From: Squalus acanthias
Taxonomy: Eukaryota
Assembly (NCBI GenBank): GCA_030390025.1
Contig: CM059438.1
Location: forward strand, 71,178,001 to 71,242,000
Length of the DNA: 64,000 bases
Direction of reading: 5' to 3'
Positions within the stretch are counted from its first letter, which is position 1. Every line of letters begins with the position of its first letter. Shown piece after piece: positions 48,380 to 59,859 of the stretch. Made by a program: the position numbers and the translations under genes. Below the pieces are notes generated by a model that had not been told where the DNA came from, did not search any database, and saw only the letters and a list, made by a program, of their open reading frames with translations.

Positions 48380-50970
48380 ACAGGAATATAGGAACAGGAG
48401 GAGGCCATTTAGCTCCTCGAACCTGTGCCGCCATTCAATGAGATCATACCTGATCTGTGACTTAATTCCATATACCCGCCTTTGCCCCATGTTCCTTAAT
48501 ACGTTTGGTTAACAAAAATCTATCAACCTCAGATTTAAAATTAACAATTGACCTAGCATCAATTGCTGTCTGCAGAAGAGAGTTCCAAACTTCTACCACC
48601 CATCGGGTGTAGAAGTATTTCCTAATTTCACCCCTGAAAGGTCTGGCTCTAATTTTTAGGCTATGCCCCCTAGTCCTAGAATCCCCAACCAGCGGAAATA
48701 GTTTCTCTCTATCTACCCTATCTGTTCCCCTTAATAGCTTGAAAACTTCCATCAAATCGCCCCTTAACCTTCTAAGTTCCAGGGAATACAACCCTAGTTT
48801 GTGTAATCTCACCTTGTAATTTAACCCCTGGACTCCGGGTATCATTCTGGTAACAACAACAACAACAGCAACTTGTATTTATATAGCGCCTTTCACGTAG
48901 TAAAATGTCCCAAGGCGCTTCACAGGAGTATTAAAAGACAAAAACAAATGACACTGAGCCACCTAAGGAGAAATTAGGGCAGGTGACCAAAAGCTTGGTC
49001 AAAGAGGTAGGTTTTAAGGAGCGTCTGTAAGGAGGAAAGAGAGGTAGCAAGGCGGAGAGGTTTAGGCAGGTTATTCCAGAGTTTAGGGCCTAAGTAACAG
49101 AAGGCACGGCCACCAATGGTTGAGCGATTATAATCAGGGATGCTCAAGAGGGCAGAATTAGAGGAGTGCAGATATCTCGGGGTGGTTGTGAGGCTGAAGG
49201 AGATTACAGAGATAGGGAGGGGCGAGACCATGGAGGGATTTGAAAACAAGGATGAGAATTTTGAAATCGAGGCGTTGCTTAACTGGGAGCCAATGTAGGT
49301 CAGTGAGCACAGGGGTGATGGGTGAACGGGACTTGGTGCGAGTTAGGACACGGGCAGCCGCGTTTTGGATGACCTCAAGTTTGCGTAGGGTAGAATGTGG
49401 GAGGCCAGCCAGGAGTGCGTTGGAATAGTCAAGTCCAGAGGTAACAAAGGCATGGGTGAGGGTTTCAACAGCGGATGAGCTGAGGCAGGGGCGGAGATGG
49501 GCGATGTTACGGAGGTAGAAATAGGCGGTCTTAGTTATGCTGTGGATATGTGGTCGGAAACTCATATCAGGGTCAAATATGACACCAAGGTTGCGAACAG
49601 TGTGGTTCAGCCTCAGACAGATGTTAGGAGAGGGATGGAGTCAATGGCTAGGGAACGGAGTTTGTGGCGGGGACTGAAAACAATGGCTTTGATCTTCCCA
49701 ATATTTAATTGGAGAAAATTTCTGCTCATCCAGAACTGGATGTCGGACAAGCAGTCTGACAATTTAGAGACCATGGAGGGGTCGAGAGAAGTGGTGGTGA
49801 GGTAGAGTTGGGTGTTGTCAGCGTACATGTGGAAACTGAGATGGGGCGATAGTTTACAAGACAGAGGGGTCAAGGGTTGGTTTTTTGAGGAGAGGGGTGA
49901 TGATGGCAGTTTTGAGGGAGAGGGGGACAGTACCTGAGGAGAGAGAACCGTTAACAATGTCAGCTAACATGGGAGCCTGAAAAGGAAGCTGAGTGATCAG
50001 CAGCTTGGTGGGAATAGGGTCGAGGGAGCAGGAAGTGGGTCTCATGGACAACATGAGCGTGGAGAGGTCATGAACGGAGATCGGAGAGAAATTGGAGAAA
50101 GATGTGAGTTCAGGGCTAGGGCAGGGGGGAACCTTAGAGGAAGTTTGGCCAGTGGGCAAGGGGAAGGAAGGGAAGTGGCAGAGGCAGCTGAACGGATGGT
50201 CTCAATCTTAGAGACAAAGAAGTCCATGAGCTCCTCATACTTGTTGTCGGAGGTGAGGGTGGAGGAGACAGGGGACAGGGTTTTAAGAAGACGGTTAGCA
50301 GTAGAGAATAGGAGCCGGGGTTTATCTTTGCATTCCAGAATGATTCTGGAATAGTGAACAATTTTGGCAGACGAGAGCAGGGCCCGATAGTGCTTTATGT
50401 GGTCCAGCCAGATCTGGCGGTGAATGGCTAAACCAGTTGTCCGCCATATCTGTTCAAGTCTGCATCACTTGGACATAAGGGAGTGAAGATAAGGGCTGTA
50501 CCAGGGGAATGGCCAGGGTGAGAGAGAGTAATTGTTTTAATAGGGACTAGGGCATCAACGGTGGTGGTGAGGGTGTGGTTGAGCAGATCGGTAGCTGCAG
50601 AAATGTCACGGTGAATGGAGGGCCAAAGGCTGGACAGTTGGGATTTCATCAGTGCAGTTGAAAAAGAGTTGGGGGAGCTTAGGGGCAGACACAGAAGGAA
50701 GTAGGGTTGGGGATGTGGGTGGAGAGCAATACGAGGAAGTGGTCAGAGATGGCCTTATCTGCAATTGACACGATGGGAGTAGCGAGGCCATGCGAGATGG
50801 CAAGGTCGAGGGGTGATCGTGAATATGGGTTCGGTGCAGAGGCTGAGGGAGGAGAGCAGTGAAGATATCTCGGTAATAAAATTTTTATGGTACTTGGGTG
50901 GGCGGTAGAGTCTGGGTATCATTCTGGTAAACCTACACTGCACTCCTTCCAAGGCCAATATATCCAGCCT
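48380..50970 (-). mobile_element. CR1 3' fragment (48380-48853 plus 50914-50970) split by an L2 insertion
   Basis: ORF 48462-48845 is a CR1 C-terminus. ALEGVQCRFTRMIP at 50914-50958 is its direct upstream continuation. Confidence 0.88.
48854..50910 (-). mobile_element. L2 LINE, 5'-truncated and internally deleted
   Basis: LYRPPK, TSCSLDPIPTKLL, FHMYADNTQLYL, LDYSNALLAGLP, LHWLPVKQRLDFKIL. Tail ...GGCGCTATATAAATACAAG(TTG)n. TSD GGGTATCATTCTGGTAA (48837-48853, 50914-50930). Confidence 0.92.
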
Positions 50971-50971
50971 A

Positions 50972-53842
50972 AATAAATACAGAAAATGCTGTAAATACTC
51001 AGCAGGTCAGGCAGCTTTTGTGGAGAGAGAAACAAGTTAACGTTTCAGGTCGATGACCCCTTGTTAGAACTGGAAAAAGTTAGAGATGTAACATATTTTT
51101 AAGCAAGTGCAGGGGCAGGGAAAGGTGGGAGGGGAGGAAAGAACAAAAGGGAAGGTCTGTGATAGGATGGAAGGTGGGAGAGATTAAAAGATAAAAGGGA
51201 TGATGGTGCAAGGCAAAATGAGATGGTAATGGGACAAGTTATAAAACAAAAAGATGAGACTAGATGAGGTGTAAATGGGAATGGCAGAATCATCAACAGC
51301 TGCCATGTGAAAAAAAAATGAATAAAATAGGGACAGAGGTTATGGTCTGAAATTCTTGAACTCGATGTTGGGCCTAGAAGGCTGTAAAGTGCCTAATCGA
51401 AAGATGAGCTGCTGTTCCTTGAACTTACATTGAGCTTCGTTAGAACAGTGTAAGAGGCCGAAGACAGAGAGGTGAGAGTGGGAGTGGAGCGGAGAATTAA
51501 AGTGACAGGTGACCGGAAGCTCGGGATCACCCTTACGGACTGAATGGAGGTGTTCCGCAAAGCAGTCACCCAATCTGCGTTTGGTCTCCCCAATGTAGAG
51601 GAGACCGCATCGTGAGAAGCGAATGCAGTATACTAAATTGCAAGAAGTACAAGTAAATCGCTGTTTCACCTGGAAGGAGTGTTTGGGGCCCTGGACAGTG
51701 AGAAGGGAGGAGGTAAAAGGGCAGGTGTTGCATCTCCTGTGCTTGCATGGGAAGGTGCCATGGGAAGGTGAAGGAGTGTTGGCGGTGATAGACGAGTGGA
51801 CCAGGGTTTCGCGGAGGGAACGGTCCCTTCGGAATGCTGAAAGGGGAGGTGAGGGGACAATGTGTTTGGTGGTGGGATCACGCTGGAGGTGGCGGAAATG
51901 GCGGAGGATGATCCGTTGAATGTGAAGGCTGGTGAGGTGAAAGGTGAGGTCAAGGGGAACCTTATCGTGGTTCTGGGAGAGAGGGAGAGGAAGGGGTGAG
52001 AGCAGAAGTGCGTGAAATAGAACGAACATGGTCGAGGGCCATGTCAACCATGGTAGAGGGGAATCCTCAGTTGAGGAAAAAAGAAGACATATCGGAAGCA
52101 CTAGTATGGAAGGTGGCATCGTTAGTGTAGATGCGATGGAGACTGAGAAACTGGGAGAATGGCATAGAGTCCTTACAGGAAGCGGGGTGGGAGGAAGTGT
52201 AGTCCTGGTAGCTGTGGGAGTCAGTGGGCTTATAGTGAATGTTTGTCAATAGCCTATCCCCAGAGATGGAGACAGAGAAGTCGAGGAAGGGAAGGGAAGA
52301 GTCGGAGATGGACCATGTGAAGGTGAGGGAAGGGTGGAAATTGGAAGCAAAGTGAATGCAATTTTCTAGTTCAGGGCGAGAGCAGGAAATGGCACCGATA
52401 TAGTCATCAATGTACCGGAAAAAGAGGTGAGGGAGGGTGAAGGGATAATTACTAGTCCTAGCCCCTTTAGGGCTACCCCAGATCAGGCGTATTCCCCAGA
52501 CATTCACTTTCAACTAAAGTTTGAGGTAGCCGAATCCTAAAGACGCTTAATTGGGTCTAAAGGTCCGGACTATCTCTCCCTAAAGGAAAGGAACAACCTG
52601 AAAATGTTACCGTCCTCCAGATAGCACTTTTAATAAGTTTAGCTAGACTGTAACGTTCTGGATATTATGAGGGTCCGGAAAACTCCCCCAGAATTCTGCA
52701 ACTCCTCACCAAAGAGCGTAGAGATTGAGTTTGTGAGTTTGATATTGAAATATTATGTGAGACAATTCTAAAAATATATAGATTTATTAAAGAACCGACA
52801 TGTAATTTACAGTTGGTGAGTCAATCACAACATTAACAGTTCCAAAAAGAGAAAGCTTTACAATCTTATTATCAGAGATCCTTATTCTCAAATCTTAACT
52901 TCGCTACAGTTTTACAGTTCTTAGTCTTATTCAGGATATCCACCAAAATCAAATACAGTACCTTTTGATCCCCGAGGTACAAAGAGTTGGAGACTTACAG
53001 AGCCTGCCTCTGAAGCCGAGAATCACTTTGCCCCTGTATCGAGAATCTATTATCCTACTTGAGAGTTCAATATTTATACCCTTTTCCACTGGTATCTCCT
53101 TTAAGATTTTCTGCTGATGTAAGCTAATTATCTCTAGTCATTTTTCTGCTGACTTCTGCAATTCTTAGTCACCTCAGCTGGTAGCAATACAGACTCGTGT
53201 CTCCTCTAGGTGTTCCAAGCTTACCATAAAAAACGGAGTAACAGCAGGTGCACTTTATTTGATGTCATTTTTACTAAGGCCTTCTGTTTGTGCCTCTTTA
53301 TGAAGTGCAAATTAGAACACCTTAACCAGGGTGATCTTTTGTTTTGTTTCGAAAGGTTCAGACTGTCAGGAGCCTTTAACCTTCTGTTTCAATAAGGTTA
53401 TTGATTCAGTGTCAACAACTATCTTATCTCAATTGCCAGAATGCTACTACAGCCTTTTCAGTTAGATTTCCAGATTTCCAGACCCAGTTTGTCATGTTTT
53501 AATAAGGCCAGAATTCTTTCAAAGAATGGTGTATTTTTCTGAATAGGTTTTATGGCTTATTCCTTCACAAGGGGACCTGAGTAGGACTGGAACAAAGAAT
53601 GTTCCACATATCCCACAAAAAGGCATGCATAGCTAGGGCGCATGTGGGTTCCCATAGCAACACCTTTAATTTCGAAATGAGTGGAGTCAAAGGAGAAGTT
53701 GTTCAATGTGAGGACAAGTTCAGCCAGGCGGAGGAGGGTGGTGGTGGATGGGGACTGGTTGGGCCTCTGTTCAAGGAAGAAGCGGAGCGCCCTCAGGCCA
53801 TCCTGGTGGGGGATGGAGGTGTAGAGGGATTGGACATCCATA
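50972..53842 (-). mobile_element. Penelope-like element (RT, GIY-YIG, pLTR), interrupted by a solo LTR
   Basis: MDVQSLYTSIP, GVAMGTHMRPSYACLF, FFRYIDD, LPFLDFSV, HYKPTD, CKHRRCNTCP, LVYCIR...LLYIGETKRRL. SYSGPL and PHLFFRYIDD are contiguous across the insert. Confidence 0.93.
52438..53567 (-). mobile_element. Solo LTR (about 1130 bp), ERV or LTR-retrotransposon type
   Basis: TG...CA ends with 11-bp terminal inverted repeats TGAAGG(G/A)ATAA. Minus-strand TATAAA (53078-53073) precedes AATAAA (52788-52783). Cleanly interrupts the PLE RT. TSD imperfect. Confidence 0.75.
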
Positions 53843-53847
53843 GTGAC

Positions 53848-54137
53848 ACTTTGGAGCAATTAATGGGACTAAAAGCTGATAAATCCCCTGGACCTGATGG
53901 CCTACATCTTAGGGTTTTGAAAGAGGTGGCTATAGAGATAGTGGATGCATTGGTTGTCATTTTCCAAAATTCCATAGATTCTAGAACGGTTCCAGCGGAT
54001 TGGAAAGTTACCAAATGTAACCCCACTATTTAAGAAAGGAGGGAAAGAGAAAATGGGGAACTACAGACCAGTTAGCCTGATATCAGTAGTAGGGAAAATG
54101 CTAGAATCTATTATTAAGGACGTGGTAACAGGGCACT
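53848..54137 (+). mobile_element. CR1 ORF2 internal fragment
   Basis: LKADKSPGPDGLHLRVLKE...VPADWK and NYRPVSLISVVGKMLESIIKD. Confidence 0.88.
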
Positions 54138-54159
54138 TTTTTTTATTAAAACATTTTTT

Positions 54160-57100
54160 TAAAATTCGTTTATGGGATCTGGGCGTCGCTGGCAAAGCCA
54201 GCATTTATTGCCCATCCCTAGTTGCCCTTGAGAAGGTGGTGGTGAGCCGCCTTCTTGAACCGCTGCAGTCCGTGTGGTGATGGTACTCCCACAGTGCTGT
54301 TAGGTAGGGAGTTCCAGGATTTTGACCCAGCGACGATGAAGGATGGTGTGTGACTTGGAGGGGAACTTGGAGGTGGTGGTATTCCCATGTGCCTGCTGCC
54401 CTTGTCCTTCTCGGTGGAAGAGGTCGTGGGTTTGGGAGGTGCTGCCGAAGAAGGCTTGGCGAGTTGCTGCAGTGCATCTTGTAGATGGTACACACTGCAG
54501 CCACGGTACGCCGGTGGTGGAGGGAGAGATTGTTTAAGATGGTGGATGGGGTGCCAATCAAGCAGGCTGCTTTGTCCTGGATGGTGTCAAGCTTCTTGAG
54601 TGTTGTTGGAGCTGCACTCATCCAGGCAAGTGGAGAGTATTCCATCACACTCCTTACTTGTGCCTTGTAGATGGTGGAAAAGCTTTGGGGAGTCAGGAGG
54701 TGAGACACTCGCCGCAGAATACCTAGCCTCTGACCTGCTCTTGTTGCCACAGTATTTATGTGGCTGATCCAGTTAAGTTTCTGGTTAATGGTGACCCCCA
54801 GGGTGTTGATAGGGGGGGATTCGGCGATGCTAATGCCATTGAATGTCAAAGGGAGGAGGTTAGACTCTCGCTTGTTGGAGATAGTCATTGCTTGGCACTT
54901 CTGTGGCGCGAATGTTACCTGCCACTCATCAGCCCAAGCCTGAACGTCGTCCAGGTCTTGTTGCATGTGGGCATGGACTGCCTCATTATCTGAGGAGTTC
55001 TGAATGGCGCTGAACACTGTGCAGTCATCAGCGAACATCCCCATTTCTGATCTTATGTTGGAAGGAAGGTCATTGATGAAGCAGCTGAAGATGGTTGGGC
55101 CTAGGACACTGCCCTGAGGAACTCCTGCAGCGATGTCCTGGGGCTGTGATGATTGACCTTCAACCACCACAACCATCTTCCTTTGTGCTAGGTATGACTC
55201 CAGCCAGTGGAGCGTTATCCCCCTGATTCCCATTGACTTCAGTTTTTACTAGGGCTCCTTGATGGCAGACTCGGTCAAATGCTGCCTTGATGTCAAGGGC
55301 AGTCACTCTCACCACACCTCTGGAATTCAGCTCCTTTGTCCATGTTTGGACCAAGGCTGTAATGAGGTCGGGAGCCGAGTGGTCATCAGTGAGCAGGTGC
55401 CGCTATGATAGCACTGTCGATGACACCTTCCATCACTTTGCTGATGATTGAGAGTAGACTGATGGGGCGGAAATTGGCCGGGTTGGATTTGTCCTGCTTT
55501 TTGTGGACAGGACATACCTGGGCAGTTTTCCACATTGTCGGATAGATGCCAGTGTTGTAGCTGTACTGGAACAGCTTGGCTAGAGGCGCGGCTAGTTCTG
55601 GAGCACAAGTCTTCAGCACGATAGCCGGGGCCCATAGCCTTTCCCATATCCAGTGCGCTCAGCCGTTTCTTGATATCATGTAGAGTGAATCGAATTGGCT
55701 GAAGACTGGCTTCTGTGATGGTGGGGACCTTGGGAGTAGGCCGATATGGATCATCCATTCTGGCTGAAGTTGGTTGCAAACGCTCCAGCCTTGGCTTTTG
55801 CACTCACGTGCTGGGCTCCACCATCATTGAGGATGGGGATATTCTTGGAGCCTCCTCCTCCTCCCGTTAGTTGTTTAATGGTCCACCACCATTCATGACT
55901 GGATGTGGCAGGACTGCAGAGCTTTGATCTGATCTGTTGATTGTGGGATCGCTTAGCCCTGTCTATAGCATGCTGCTTCCGCTTTTTAGCATGTATGTAG
56001 TCCTGTGTTGCTGCTTCCCCAGGTTGGCACCTCATTTTTAGGTACGCCTGGTGCTGCTCCTGGCATGCTCTTCTACACTCCTTGTTGAACCAGGGTTGGT
56101 CCCCTGGCTTGGTGGTAATGGTAGAGTGAGGGATATGCTGGGCCATGAGGTTACAGATTGTGGTGGAATACAATTCTGCTGCTGCTGATGGCCCACAGCG
56201 CCTCATGGATGCCCAGTTTTGAGCTGCTACATCTGTTCTGAATCTATCCCATTTAGCATGGTGGTAGTGCCACACAACACGATGGAGGGTGTTCTCAGTG
56301 TGAAGACGGGACTTCGTCTCCACAATGACTGTGCGGTGGTCACTGCTGCCAATGCTGTCATGGACAGATGCATCTGCGACAGGTAGATTGGTGAGGATGA
56401 GGTCAAGTAGATTTTTCCCTTGTGTTGGTTCACTCACCACCTGTCGCAGGCCCAGAGTGGCAGTTATGTCCTTCAGGACTATGCCAGCTTGGTCAGTAGT
56501 GGTGCTACCGAGCCACTCTTGGTGATGGACATTGAAGTCCCCCACCCAGAGTACAAGTGGTGTTCAACATGGAGGAGTATTGATTCATCAGCTGAGGGAG
56601 GGCGGTAGGTGGTAATCAGCAGGAGGTTTCCTTGCCCATGCCTGACCTGAAGCCATGAGACTTCATGGGGTCTGGAGTCATTGTTGAGGACTCCCAGGGC
56701 CACTCCTTCCCAACTGTATACCACTACCCCTGGTGGGTCTGTCCTGCCGGTGGGACAGGACAGGACCCAGGGATTGTGATGGAGGAGTTCGGGACATTGG
56801 TTGAAAGGTATGATTCTGTGAGTATGACTATGTCAGGCTGTTGCTTGACTAGTTTGTGGGACAGGTCTCCCAATTTTGCCACATGTCCCCAGATGTTGGT
56901 GAGGAGGATTTTGCAGGGTTGACTGGGCTGAGTGTGCCGTTGCTGTGTCTGTAGCCAATACTGGGTGGTCCATCCGGTTGCATTCTTATTGGCCCAGAAA
57001 TTGATCTCGCTCTGTTCCCGCGGGGGTAAGCCTTCCCCGCGATGTCTCACCTCGCTTGTGCTTTTTCAGATCCAGCTCGCACGAACTTGATGTTCTGGAC

Positions 57101-57862
57101 AGCTGCTGTGCAGTGCTTGCGTATCCCACCGGCGTAGTGAATTTGTGCGAGCTGTGGGATCACGTGACTCAGTTAGAGCCAATGGCAGCACACCATCTTC
57201 CATTCATAAGTTTCACAGACCTGCTGTGAAATCTATGAATCTTACACCCCCCCAAAATAACAGCTAAACCTCAATTAAATTTAAAAAAAAAACCATCACA
57301 TTAATAAAATAAGTATAGTTAATTAAATTAACCATTTTAAATAAAAAATTAAATTTTTGAAAAAATTTAAAATCTTTTAAAAAGTTATAAAAATAAACTT
57401 ACCTGTCTTTAAAGTCTATAAAAAAGATATACCTGTTAAAAAAAATTCAAAAAAATACTTAATTCACTACTTACCTTCTTAAAAGTGGGTCTTACTCCTC
57501 CTTTTTACATTTCCAAAATCTTCAGTACTTACCTGCGCGTCCAAAGCATGAAGTGCACAGCGTGCGCGCAGCCTGTAGCGCGCACGCGATGCACCGAGGA
57601 CCCGCCCCCTTTTCAGAAGAGCAATTGCCGGTTTTCAGCGCATGCGCAGGGCATGCAGAAAACCGGCAATTGGAGTGGGAATACGCGAGAGTACGCAGTG
57701 CGTACTCTCGCGTCCCGGGATCAATTTTCGGCCCATTATTTTGTTTCGTAGTGGTTAGTTACAACTGAGTGACTTGCTAGGCCATTTCAGAGGGCAGTTA
57801 AGAGTCAACCACATTGCTGTGGGTCTGGAGTCACATATAGGCCAGACCAGGTAAGGACGGCA
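54160..57862 (-). mobile_element. Family B CR1/L2-group LINE, near-complete ORF2 and probable 5' region
   Basis: Endonuclease (ILLTNIWG, PDIVILTESYL, TYRPPS, GDFNVHH, LDLILTN, SSDH) and RT (342-aa ORF with GVPQGSVLGP and FADD). Tail shared with 18340-18430. Segment 57738-57862 may be its 5'UTR beyond the MITE, which is less certain. Confidence 0.88.
56991..57734. mobile_element. PIF/Harbinger-type MITE
   Basis: TIR GGCCCAGAAATTGATC versus revcomp GGGCCGAAAATTGATC. Perfect 3-bp TSD ATT. Internal similarity to 37441-38173 (GGGATCACGTG, AT-rich core, GCGCATGCGC). Confidence 0.85.
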
Positions 57863-58126
57863 ATAATAGGATAGGCCATTTAGGGGTGATGTCAGGAAGC
57901 ACTTCTTCACACAAATCGTAGTGGAAATCTGGAACTTTCTCCCCCAAAAAGCTGTAGAGGCTAGGTCAATTGAAAATTTTAAAATTGAGATTGATAGCTT
58001 TTTGTTAGGCCAAGGGATATGGAACCAAGGCGGGTAAATGGAGTTAAGATGCAGATCAGACATGACCTTACAGAATGGTGGAAGAGGCTCGAGTGGATGA
58101 ATGGCCTACTCCTGTTCCTATGTTTC
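57863..58126 (+). mobile_element. CR1 3' end fragment
   Basis: GGAAGCACTTCTTCACACAA...GAATGGCCTACTCCTGTTCCTATG is a typical CR1 tail. Confidence 0.8.
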
Positions 58127-58974
58127 TCTGTCCCTGTTTGTGACATGGGAAACTCTATTTTACCAGTCCATTAATGCTATACTGAGCATGGAATGCCACC
58201 CTGCACAAAACAATAATTAATATTGGTCTGATAATCGTGCTACTGACTGAATATATGACATAAACTTAAAGGAGCAGTCAACGATGCTATTCATTTTACT
58301 CTTGGTCTGAAACGTTAATTGTGATGAACTGAAAAGGTATCATTAGGTGTCAGAAAAGAATGCCATCATTTCATATTGATTGATAGATGGGCAACGGTAC
58401 AGAAACTTTTTGGTTCCTGTTGTCGTGAAGCACTTCTTATACCCTTTCCAAAACCGGTGAAGGGATTCCTAAAGAATGGTTCACCATCATGTGCCGACTG
58501 TGAGCTACCATTCTCTGAAAATGGCTGTAACTTTGGAATACATCCTGCCATTGATTGCTGCTGAAGAATCAACATTCTGATTCACCTGTGGTACGAAAAT
58601 TTTAAACCAGTGGAACTTGTGACCTCTGCATCCGATATCACTCTGGACTCGTAATACACTGTATGATGCAAAGGGTGCGTGTTCTTTCGTTCTCTGCTTC
58701 TGGAGGAAAGGTAGTTGCGAGTTTAACGCAGTGATCCCTGCTGAATACTTGTGTCCATTCTTTTGCGAGATTTAGTGCATACAGGAAAATCTAACTCTTG
58801 GGACACTGGAAAATGTTTCACAAAGGGCAGTCAGGATGTTATCATGTTTAAAATCAATGGACCTATGACAAGAGGCTAAAATAATTAAATATGTTTTTGT
58901 TGGAAAGAAAAGATGCTGCTTGAGAGGAGATTGGGGAAGTAGAAGCTTTCCAAGTTCAATTTTTGTTTCTCCCA

Positions 58975-59267
58975 ATAATATTCTTCCTTCCATTCCTGAA
59001 CGTGGTGACTTGTGGTGGGATATGATTCCAAGGGCTCCAGCCATCTTCCAGTACCTCACCCAAGTGACTATTCTTTAAGTGTGAGCCTAGATATGGTGAG
59101 AGGAATGTCATGGCTGGGCCGAATGCTATCCACATCCAACATCCACACAAGTACATTTTCTAGCACTGGATAACAGTGGAGGGGGAACCCTGGCTGACTT
59201 TTCCATTCCCTTGCCCAAAGGTGCCGAGGCCAATTGTCAGCAATCCATGTTTTTTTTCACATGCTGA
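58975..59267 (-). mobile_element. Ancient SINE-like repeat (same family as 46881-47130)
   Basis: Shares GAGGCCAAT, ACCCTGGCTGA, CATCCACACA and TACCTCACCCAAG motifs. A related fragment lies at about 63875-64000. Confidence 0.45.
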
Positions 59268-59714
59268 AGGGAATTGGCGAGGCGGATGTGGAGACGTTGT
59301 TTGAGCTAAACCAGGAGATAAAAACAAATTGACCTGATCATAAAGCAAAAGAAACTCAACAGAACTTGAGCAGCTGTACTTGGAGCCATTCATTTATGCA
59401 AAACAGCAAACCTAGCAGAAATGCAGTGGAGGCATTCGAAAGAAAAGGAAGCGACTTGTGATTCAGCAGGGACAAGAGATGGAACAGAAGTGAAAATAAC
59501 CTGCATGGATCCTGAAAATGGAATGAAAACTATAGGCTCTACCTCAGTGTCCTGTTTGATGCTGAGCTGGGCTTCAAAACTCACTTCCAGTGATTGTCTC
59601 TCTGCCGAGGTGTGATAAAAGTCAGTTAGAAAGAGTAACTGTAGTCGTCTGGAATTGTTCTCTGCACAGGCATTGTTCTCTGTCTATATATGCTGTGCCG
59701 ATTTGTATTTCTTC

Positions 59715-59843
59715 ACTTCACCTGATGAAGGAGCAGCCGCTCCGAAAGCTTGTGATTTCAAATAAACCTGTTGGACTATAACCTGGTGTTGTGTGACTTC
59801 TCACTTTTGTCCACCCCAGTCCAACACCGGCATCTCCGCATCA
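59715..59843 (+). mobile_element. Solo family 2 pLTR unit beginning with an intact hammerhead motif (59718-59755)
   Basis: UCAC-CUGAUGA-A-GGAGC(AGCC)GCUCC-GAAA-GC-UU-GUGA. The remainder matches the reverse complement of 22958-23045. Confidence 0.82.
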
Positions 59844-59859
59844 CTTCCAGTCTGACATT

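Noticed and set aside
51340..52119. 259-aa GIY-YIG ORF as a host or domesticated nuclease
   Set aside because: Part of a frameshifted, LTR-interrupted PLE with related copies at 2250 and 40057.
54205..55233. 342-aa RT ORF as an active gene
   Set aside because: Fragment of a frameshifted LINE ORF2 with internal deletions.
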